This document shows positions 45,738 to 52,586 of a stretch of 52,586 bases of DNA, in pieces. The translations under genes were made by a program, and so were the position numbers. The stretch is from Clostridia bacterium (lineage in GTDB: Bacteria > Bacillota > Clostridia > Oscillospirales > CAG-272). A model generated the notes under the pieces. The model was given only the letters and a program-made list of their open reading frames with translations, did not search any database and was not told the DNA's origin. Positions within the stretch are counted from its first letter, which is position 1. Every line of letters starts with the position of its first letter. The stretch covers positions 1 to 52,586 of the forward strand of contig JAFYTT010000246.1 in the NCBI GenBank assembly GCA_017558715.1. Reading direction: 5' to 3'.

Positions 45738-47273
45738 ATGGAAATTCAATATTTGATTTCGATCACGCTGTATATGGCGGCGGTCATCGGCATTGGCATC
45801 TGGTGTTCCAAGCGTGCCAACAAAAATGCCGAAGCATACTTTATCGGAGGCAGAACACTCGGTCCGTGGGTTTCTGCCATGAGTGCGGAAGCATCTGATA
45901 TGTCCGGCTGGCTTCTCATGGGTCTGCCCGGTCTTGCATACTGGAGCGGTCTTGCCGATGCAGGCTGGACGGCAATCGGTCTTGCACTTGGTACATATCT
46001 GAACTGGCTGATCGTCAGTAAGCGCCTGCGCCGTTACTCCGAGCGCATCGGTGCAATCACCATTCCCGATTTCTTCTCCAAGCGTTTCCGCGAAAAGAAC
46101 AAGATTCTTCTGATCATCGCATCGCTGCTGATCATCGTCTTCTTTACCCCCTACGCAGGATCCTGTCTAATGGCATGCGGTAAGCTGTTCTCTCAGCTGT
46201 TCGGCACCTCCTATGAGCTGATGGTCGTCATCGCAGCTGTCTTCGTTCTCGCATACACGTTCTTAGGCGGCTTCCTCGGCGAATCCGCATCGGACTTCAT
46301 GCAGGCAATCGTTATGGTCATCGCGCTGATCTGCGTGCTGTTCATCGGTACTGCCAATGCAGGCGGCATCGGTGCTGTCATGGAAAACTCCAAGGAAATC
46401 CCCGGATTCCTCTCGCTGTTTGAAAAGGCACAGCAGACCGGTATCGACGAAGCCGGTATGCCGATCTTTGGTGAGCCGGCAGCCATGGGCTTCATTCCGA
46501 TTCTTTCCGGTCTTGTCTGGGGTCTCGGTTATTTCGGTATGCCGCAGGTTCTTCTGCGCTTCATGGCAATCCGCGACGAAAAGGAACTGACACTCTCCCG
46601 CCGTGTCGCAACCGTCTGGGTTCTGATCTCCCTTGCGGCAGCCATCTTCATCGGTATCATCGGCCGTACGCTGTATCCCGGTGCCTATGCCGAATACGGT
46701 GCAGGTCATACGGAAAACATCTTCATCCTGATGACCACCAATATGCTTCCCGCGCTCCTCGCAGGTCTTGTCTGTGCAGGTATCCTCGCGGCTGCAATCT
46801 CCTCCTCCGACTCCTATCTGCTGATTTCCGCGTCTGCCATCGCTGAAAACGTCTATCACGGCGTCTTCAAGAAGAATGCGACCGACAAGCAGGTCATGAC
46901 GTTCACCCGTATCATTCTGGTCGTTATCATGCTGTTCGCCATGCTCGTCGCAACCGGCGGAAACCAGGTTATCTTCTCCATCGTCGACTTTGCATGGGCA
47001 GGTCTTGGCGCAACCTTCGGTCCGCTGATGATCTTCTCCCTGTTCTGGAAGCGTACAACCTACCAGGGTGCGATTGCTGGTATGGTGACCGGCGGTGTTG
47101 TCGCAATCGTCTGGAACTTCTTCATCGCTCCGCTCGGCGGCATCTTCGCGGTTTATGAACTGGCTCCCGCGTTCCTGCTGTCCAGCGTCGCAATCGTTGT
47201 GGTCTCTCTGCTGACCGCAAAGCCGAACAAGGAAATCGAGGAAGATTACGATTACGTACTCTCCGGCAAATAA
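45738..47273 (+). CDS. putP: Sodium/proline symporter (SSS family)
   Basis: 511 aa. AYFIGGRTLGPWVSAMSAEASDMSGWLLMGLPG signature. About 13 TM helices. Confidence 0.85.
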   Translation: MEIQYLISITLYMAAVIGIGIWCSKRANKNAEAYFIGGRTLGPWVSAMSAEASDMSGWLLMGLPGLAYWSGLADAGWTAIGLALGTYLNWLIVSKRLRRYSERIGAITIPDFFSKRFREKNKILLIIASLLIIVFFTPYAGSCLMACGKLFSQLFGTSYELMVVIAAVFVLAYTFLGGFLGESASDFMQAIVMVIALICVLFIGTANAGGIGAVMENSKEIPGFLSLFEKAQQTGIDEAGMPIFGEPAAMGFIPILSGLVWGLGYFGMPQVLLRFMAIRDEKELTLSRRVATVWVLISLAAAIFIGIIGRTLYPGAYAEYGAGHTENIFILMTTNMLPALLAGLVCAGILAAAISSSDSYLLISASAIAENVYHGVFKKNATDKQVMTFTRIILVVIMLFAMLVATGGNQVIFSIVDFAWAGLGATFGPLMIFSLFWKRTTYQGAIAGMVTGGVVAIVWNFFIAPLGGIFAVYELAPAFLLSSVAIVVVSLLTAKPNKEIEEDYDYVLSGK

Positions 47274-47286
47274 TTCCAATAAATAC

Positions 47287-47326
47287 AAAGGACTGTGGTA
47301 CCGAAATACCGCAGTCCTTTTGCTAT
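47287..47326 (+). terminator. Intrinsic terminator after putP
   Basis: AAAGGACTGTGGTA (47287-47300) / TACCGCAGTCCTTT (47307-47320) followed by TTGCTATGTT. Confidence 0.7.
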
Positions 47327-47350
47327 GTTGATTATGAAGGAAGAAGAACC

Positions 47351-48265
47351 TTACTGTGCCAGTACGCGGAACAGCTCTCCGAGGAGTGCATCACGGTGAA
47401 TGTGTGTGACACGGCGAATGAGCGGACGGTTCTGTGTGAATGCATAATAGCCGTCATATTCGGGAATGGGCGCAGGCTCCAGCACCGAGGTCATGAAGCG
47501 GTCATGTTCATTGAGCAGCCATGCAACAGCGGTGACGTCCCAGATGACGCGGCTCCAGACACGTCCTGCGGCATAGGATTCTGCTTCCTCAACGGTGTGG
47601 TCGATCAGGTAGTCACACAGCGCATTCTTGCCGCGAAGCCAGAACTCCAGCTCCGGCTGTGTCGTATAAAATGCGGAAACAACACCCATACACGGCAGCT
47701 GAACGACAGGTGCGCCGCATCCGAAGACAACACGTGCCGCCGCAACGTCCTGCCACAGATTGAATTCCTTCGTATCAGGCCAAGACTTGTCATGACCGCC
47801 CAGCCACACAATGACAATGCGGTCGATGATATCGGGGTTATAGAGAATCGCGGATGCGACATTGGTGATGGCACCGATGGCAACGACATACAGCGGATGT
47901 TCAGGCGTGTACTGCATGGCAAGATCACACAGATGGTCTGCAGCAGGTGAGGGAACCGGAGTCTTTTCATTCGGCATGTAGGTACGGCTGCCGCGGTGTG
48001 TAATCGCTTTCTTTTCGGGCGTTCCCATCAATGCGAGCAGATTGAGAATTTCGTCGTAGCTCTTTTCCATACCGTCCTCGGGAGAGGTGGAATTGTTATT
48101 ATGGAACGGAGCGGCGTACAGCGCTTTGACGTTGAATTTCTCATGCTTAAGCATCAGGGACAGCGCATACTGGTCATCGATCTCATTGTAGGTATCGGTA
48201 TCCAGTACACAGTCAATGGGTCCTTCGGGAACACACAGATTTTTGAGACGTTGTGCTTCTGTCAT
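47351..48265 (-). CDS. Nucleoside hydrolase (inosine/uridine-preferring family)
   Basis: Trimmed to the ATG at 48265 (AAAGGA upstream). DTDTYNEIDDQYAL matches the DxDxxxDD calcium/ribose motif. Confidence 0.8.
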   Translation of the reverse strand: MTEAQRLKNLCVPEGPIDCVLDTDTYNEIDDQYALSLMLKHEKFNVKALYAAPFHNNNSTSPEDGMEKSYDEILNLLALMGTPEKKAITHRGSRTYMPNEKTPVPSPAADHLCDLAMQYTPEHPLYVVAIGAITNVASAILYNPDIIDRIVIVWLGGHDKSWPDTKEFNLWQDVAAARVVFGCGAPVVQLPCMGVVSAFYTTQPELEFWLRGKNALCDYLIDHTVEEAESYAAGRVWSRVIWDVTAVAWLLNEHDRFMTSVLEPAPIPEYDGYYAFTQNRPLIRRVTHIHRDALLGELFRVLAQ

Positions 48266-48447
48266 GGCGAGGATATCCTTTCTGCGATATGTTTTTTCTT
48301 TAGTATAACGGATTTTCAAAAAAATTGCAAGGGGTTTTGAAAAAAATCGGCAGAATCCGGGCGGACTTTTGATTTTGTCTTGATTTGTCCATGCGAAAAT
48401 GATATAATGTATACAAATCTTTCCGATCGAAAAGGAGAACTGTTACT

Positions 48448-50592
48448 ATGATGAGAATGGAACCCATTGAAAAGTGGATCTGGCTGCCCAAGGACAAATA
48501 TCCGACGCACCAGACCACCAATTTGATTATTTCCGACAAACAGGAAACGTATGCTGTCTGCCATCTCAAAAAATGCTTCTGTGCCAAAAAGGCGATCCGC
48601 GAAATGCACGTGCGCTTTTCCGCAGATACACAGTTTCTTGTGTATCTGAATGGCAAACACCTTGCAACCGGTCCTTCCAGTATCGGCGGCGACTTTCTGT
48701 TCAATGATCGTGTCTATCCGCAGCAGTACGCAACCGAGCTGCACCTGACGGCAGAGGACAGCGCAGCATTTGCCGAAGGGCTCGCGGATTTCTTTGCGGT
48801 TGTCAAAATGCAGCCTGCCCGCTGGCTTGAAATTTCCCACGGTCACGGCGGCTTTTTCTTAACCGCCCATGTGACCTTTGAGGATGGCACCAAGACTGTC
48901 TATCTCACCGACGAAACGTGGGATATCCGCTACATGGGTGCTTACAACAGACCGTATCACTATGATGGTTCAATCGCAAACGAAGATTGGGTCAAGGCAG
49001 AAAACATTCCGAACATCTGGCACTGTCTGACCTCTCCGCTCGCCCCCTGCACCGAACATGCGGTGATTCCCGCAAACAATGTCATCACTGCCGCTCCCGG
49101 CGAAACGGTTTCCCGTACAATGGAGCTTGATAAGATCTACGCGGCTTATATCACAGCCAATGTCAGTACGACCGGACCTGTCCGTGTCAAGGTCTGGGCA
49201 TCGGAAACGGGAGAGCGCGGTTCGGGTGAGGAATATCTCTTCGTCGAGGACACTTGTTATCGCGGATTTGACATTCATTCCGCAGGTGCGTTGATTGTCG
49301 AGGTAACCAATGAGGGGGATACGCCCGCAACGCTTGAAATGGGATTGATCGCGACACACTATCCCGTTTATGTCCATGCCAAGACCGTTACCTCCGACGA
49401 CGATCTCAACCTTGTCACGGATGTCTGCGCACATACGCTGAAGTATTGCCGTCAGACCTTGCACCTTGACAGCCCGCGTCACTGTGAGCCGATGGCATGT
49501 ACCGGTGACTACTATATCGAAGCAATGATGACACAGTTTACGTTCGGTGATCAGACGCTTTCCGCGTTTGACGTCCGCCGTACGGCTCAGCTCCTGCGTT
49601 ACCGTGACGGACGCATGTTCCACACGACCTATTCCCTCATCTGGGTACAGATGCTGTGGGATGTCTATATGCTGAATGGCGACAAGACCCTGCTTTCCGA
49701 CTGCGAAGACGCGCTGACCATCCTGCTCGAGCGCTTTGCGACCTACGTCGGCGACAACGGCATCATCGAGAATCCGCCGGACTACATGTTCATCGACTGG
49801 CTGTATCCGGACGGCATCAACATGCACCATCCGCCCAAGGCACTCGGTCAGTCCTGCATGAACATGTACTACTATGGTGCACTGATGACCGCTGCCAAGG
49901 TCTACGAAACCATCGGTGAGACCGCCATGGCTGATATGAACAGAAATGCTGCAGCGGCTTTACAGAAGGCCGTCTGCGAAATCCTTTACGACAAGGAACG
50001 CGGTCTGTTCTTTGAAGGTCTGAACACACCGACCGCCGCACATCTTGTCAACGAATGGTCGATGCCGCAGAATGTCGAGAAGCGTTACTACCGCAAGCAT
50101 GCAAATGTCCTCGCGGCTTACTTCGGCATTGTCGACCGTGACACCTGCCGTGATCTTCTGACCAAGGTCATGACCGACGAATCTCTCGGTGAGCTGCAGC
50201 CGTACTTTACGTACTTCCTGCTCGATGCCGTTTACAGAAACGGTCTGCGCGCAGAATATACCGATACGATTCTCCGTCAGTGGGTTGCACCGTGCAAGGA
50301 CTGCTCCAAGGGTCTTGCGGAAGGCTTTATCGCGCCCGAGGGCTATCACTTTGACCACAGCCATGCATGGGGCGGCACTCCGGCTTATGCACTGCCGCTT
50401 GCTTTGTCCGGTCTTGTTCTGCATGAACCGGGCTATAACAAAATTTCGCTCAATCCCGATCTGCTCGGACTGGAAACGGCACACGTGGAAATTCCCACAC
50501 CGCACGGCATGATCGTCATCGATATGAACCGTACCGAAAACGGAGAAACGGCGGCGCAAACTGTTATTCCCGAAGGTGTTGAGGTCATTTAA
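48448..50592 (+). CDS. Six-hairpin glycoside hydrolase, alpha-L-rhamnosidase-like (GH78-type architecture)
   Basis: 714 aa, no signal peptide. N-terminal FSADTQFLVYLNGKHLATGP resembles the rhamnosidase N-domain. DSPRHCEPMACTGDYY corresponds to the DCP.R.ER.GWTGD block. HSHAWGGTPAYALP corresponds to the catalytic-domain HAWS..P block. Confidence 0.55.
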   Translation: MMRMEPIEKWIWLPKDKYPTHQTTNLIISDKQETYAVCHLKKCFCAKKAIREMHVRFSADTQFLVYLNGKHLATGPSSIGGDFLFNDRVYPQQYATELHLTAEDSAAFAEGLADFFAVVKMQPARWLEISHGHGGFFLTAHVTFEDGTKTVYLTDETWDIRYMGAYNRPYHYDGSIANEDWVKAENIPNIWHCLTSPLAPCTEHAVIPANNVITAAPGETVSRTMELDKIYAAYITANVSTTGPVRVKVWASETGERGSGEEYLFVEDTCYRGFDIHSAGALIVEVTNEGDTPATLEMGLIATHYPVYVHAKTVTSDDDLNLVTDVCAHTLKYCRQTLHLDSPRHCEPMACTGDYYIEAMMTQFTFGDQTLSAFDVRRTAQLLRYRDGRMFHTTYSLIWVQMLWDVYMLNGDKTLLSDCEDALTILLERFATYVGDNGIIENPPDYMFIDWLYPDGINMHHPPKALGQSCMNMYYYGALMTAAKVYETIGETAMADMNRNAAAALQKAVCEILYDKERGLFFEGLNTPTAAHLVNEWSMPQNVEKRYYRKHANVLAAYFGIVDRDTCRDLLTKVMTDESLGELQPYFTYFLLDAVYRNGLRAEYTDTILRQWVAPCKDCSKGLAEGFIAPEGYHFDHSHAWGGTPAYALPLALSGLVLHEPGYNKISLNPDLLGLETAHVEIPTPHGMIVIDMNRTENGETAAQTVIPEGVEVI

Positions 50593-50616
50593 CAGTCAAA
50601 GAAAAGGAGAGGCTTT

Positions 50617-51564
50617 ATGAAAACCCGTATTACGATACTGCTCATGACCGCACTCCTGCTGGTCTCGTTTGTGCTTCCGATCTCTGCCGCGCGTCCCGGT
50701 GATATTGCCGGAAAATACTACAGCACCGACATTGTCACCACACTGAACGGTGCGCAGATTGACGCCATCAACATCGGCGGTCAAACGCTGATATCCGCTG
50801 AGGATATGCGGTATTTCGGTCACTCCGTCAATTGGGATGCAAAAGAACGCACCCTGCGCATCACAGAAACCACGGCGCAGGTGAAAAATCCGCCCGCTGT
50901 CAGCAGGTCTTCAAAGCCGTCCGGCTCCGTCATGGGCAATTACTATGTGACTGACATTGTGACGTATCTTGACGGCACACCGATCACGGCATACAACATC
51001 GGCGGCAGAACCTACATTCATGCGGAAGCCATGCGCGAATGGGGCTATATCGTCAACTGGTTTGGCAATACCCGTCGACTGGAGATCACCAGCCCGAAAC
51101 CCGCAGGCTATGTATACCATATCCCACTGACACAGGGAACGGAAAAACAGGAGGGCGACGCGGCTGTCGGTGCATTTTCTGTCACCCTAACCCAAGGCGG
51201 CATCGAGACCACGGGAGATGCAGACTATTTCGATCTCTCCATACAGTCCGACGGCGGCGGATATACCTTTATCATGGCATTTTATCAATATTCCGGTCTG
51301 TTCTGTTCCGATGCGCTGTTCCGTCTGCTCGATCCGCTGGTCAGCCAAAGCTATGACGGTTCCGTTTCGTGCGATCCCGCCTCTCTCTACGACAAAATCG
51401 GGGAGGTTCTGACCGTCACAGTCAACGGTTATCGCGCTGAAGAAGTCATCATCAGCACAGGTGCGGGCAACGGTCACCGCGATTACTATATTGAGGTCAA
51501 GGGACTTCCGCATCTGACCGAGGCACAGCTCAAAGAGATCACAATCACACTTACCGAACATTAA
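50617..51564 (+). CDS. Secreted protein with two tandem ~75-aa stalk-like repeats (copper-amine-oxidase N-terminal-like) plus a C-terminal domain
   Basis: Signal peptide ending ISA-A. Repeats are DIAGKYYSTDIVTTLNGAQIDAINIGGQTLISAEDMRYFGHSVNWDAKERTLRITE and SVMGNYYVTDIVTYLDGTPITAYNIGGRTYIHAEAMREWGYIVNWFGNTRRLEITS. Confidence 0.6.
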   Translation: MKTRITILLMTALLLVSFVLPISAARPGDIAGKYYSTDIVTTLNGAQIDAINIGGQTLISAEDMRYFGHSVNWDAKERTLRITETTAQVKNPPAVSRSSKPSGSVMGNYYVTDIVTYLDGTPITAYNIGGRTYIHAEAMREWGYIVNWFGNTRRLEITSPKPAGYVYHIPLTQGTEKQEGDAAVGAFSVTLTQGGIETTGDADYFDLSIQSDGGGYTFIMAFYQYSGLFCSDALFRLLDPLVSQSYDGSVSCDPASLYDKIGEVLTVTVNGYRAEEVIISTGAGNGHRDYYIEVKGLPHLTEAQLKEITITLTEH

Positions 51565-51578
51565 GATAGGAGAAATCT

Positions 51579-52586
51579 ATGTCACGCTGGCAAATCATCA
51601 GAAACGGTCATGCGGTTGCCTGGGATGTCATTCCGGGTGAGACACATACCGACGATATTGAAATGGCGGGCTTCGGATGTGCCCAGGTCGTCCGTTACGG
51701 CATGACGGAGGACGGCTTTGTTCTCGAGCACCATCCTGTTTTCCCGACCCTGCGTACCCGCCCCAACAACACCCATGCGTCCTACCAGATGGACATTCCC
51801 GCAAACGCTCTGCCCCATCTGACAATCGGCGGCAAGCTGCTGAGCGAAACGCTTCTGCGCGCAGAGCTGGACGGCGTGCTGTCCCTGTTTACTGCGGCAA
51901 ATGACGGCACACTGCACCTGATCCATCAGTGCTATCCGTCCGTTGCCAAGCGTCTGTGCTTTGAACGTATCACCGTGGAAAACACCTCCGATGCGCCCAT
52001 TACGCTGGACATCACCGCGCCCGACACCTGTCTCGGACGTGATATGGGACCGATGGGCATCAATCTTATGGAATATACCACGGATTTTGCACCGATTACG
52101 CTGGATTCAGGCGCGAAATATACCTATTCCATTGCCATCTCCGGCCGTGTCGCGCATGAGCCGATTCCCACGGAACATGCCGATGAAGCACTGCGTGAAC
52201 GCCGCGAGACGGTACGCCGTCTGACCGATCCGATGCAGCTCGATACCGGCAATGCGGTACTCGATACCATGTTCCGTTTTGCCAAGCTCCGTGCGGGTGA
52301 GAGTATTTTCGATACCCGTTTCGGTTACGGCAAGCTCCATGCTCCTGGCGGCTTCAGCTATTACGCCGCAACATGGTGCAACGATCAGGTCGAATATGCA
52401 GGTCCGTATTTTGCGTATACGGGTGACCCTGTTCTGCTTGATGCCGCTATGAATGCGTATCGCATGTACATTCCGTTCATGTGTGATGCGTATCTGCCGA
52501 TCCCATCCTCTGTCATTGCGGAAGGTGTGGACTATTGGAACGGTGCCGGTGACCGAGGCGATGCGGCGATGTATCTCTACGGTGCA
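51579..52586 (+). CDS. Hypothetical protein, 5' partial view (possible glycosidase-like), open to the window end
   Basis: ATG at 51579 with TAGGAGA upstream. My own translation (MSRWQIIRNGHAVAWDV...YAATWCNDQVEYAGPYFAYTGDP...AAMYLYGA) has no stop through 52586. It is missing from the ORF track because it lacks a stop. Function is not recognised. Confidence 0.7.
   Translation, partial: MSRWQIIRNGHAVAWDVIPGETHTDDIEMAGFGCAQVVRYGMTEDGFVLEHHPVFPTLRTRPNNTHASYQMDIPANALPHLTIGGKLLSETLLRAELDGVLSLFTAANDGTLHLIHQCYPSVAKRLCFERITVENTSDAPITLDITAPDTCLGRDMGPMGINLMEYTTDFAPITLDSGAKYTYSIAISGRVAHEPIPTEHADEALRERRETVRRLTDPMQLDTGNAVLDTMFRFAKLRAGESIFDTRFGYGKLHAPGGFSYYAATWCNDQVEYAGPYFAYTGDPVLLDAAMNAYRMYIPFMCDAYLPIPSSVIAEGVDYWNGAGDRGDAAMYLYGA

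Noticed and set aside
1-52586. CRISPR arrays, rRNA/tRNA genes, prophage or integrative elements, integrases, restriction-modification systems, or other described anti-phage defence systems.
   Set aside because: I found no regularly spaced repeats, no recombinase, phage structural or nuclease/methylase signatures, and no cas-like genes while reading both strands. The only mobile-DNA trace is the decayed transposase at 481-774.

Overview
This 52.6-kb window looks like a chromosomal stretch, mixing housekeeping and accessory genes, from a moderately GC-rich Firmicutes (Clostridia-type) genome. That placement is an inference from AGGAGG-type ribosome-binding sites, several exact TTGACA-17-TATAAT promoters, a T-box leader, lipobox lipoproteins and a SleB-like hydrolase. 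I can support 42 protein-coding genes, one of them open at the 3' edge. Housekeeping genes are asnS, recG, dusB, a T-box-controlled metY-metA pair, a NifS-type cysteine desulfurase and putP. A large accessory glycan-foraging component comprises two GH29-type fucosidases, a rhamnosidase-like six-hairpin enzyme, a 943-aa beta-helix lipoprotein and four paralogous solute-binding lipoproteins with no importer permease in the window. There is also a heterodimeric ABC exporter pair followed by a VanY-type carboxypeptidase, and an AT-rich scar with transposase fragments at the 5' edge. I found no rRNA, tRNA, CRISPR array, prophage, intact IS or recognisable described defence system. The best candidates for something undescribed are: (1) a terminator-insulated divergent pair, a leaderless two-domain DUF11-like repeat protein opposite a 535-aa ECF-like sigma factor with a long soluble C-terminal extension (29.5-32.3 kb); (2) a 340-bp intergenic region (35.75-36.09 kb) with four identical DnaA-box-like 10-mers next to 21-bp-phased direct repeats and a promoter feeding a LytTR regulator plus small membrane protein; (3) the orphan SBP and beta-helix lipoprotein cluster; (4) an M14-peptidase homologue that appears to have lost all catalytic residues; and (5) two short ORFs below the ORF-track cutoff. 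All functional calls come from motif recognition by eye. No database search, alignment statistic or fold prediction was run, so novelty cannot be established from here.
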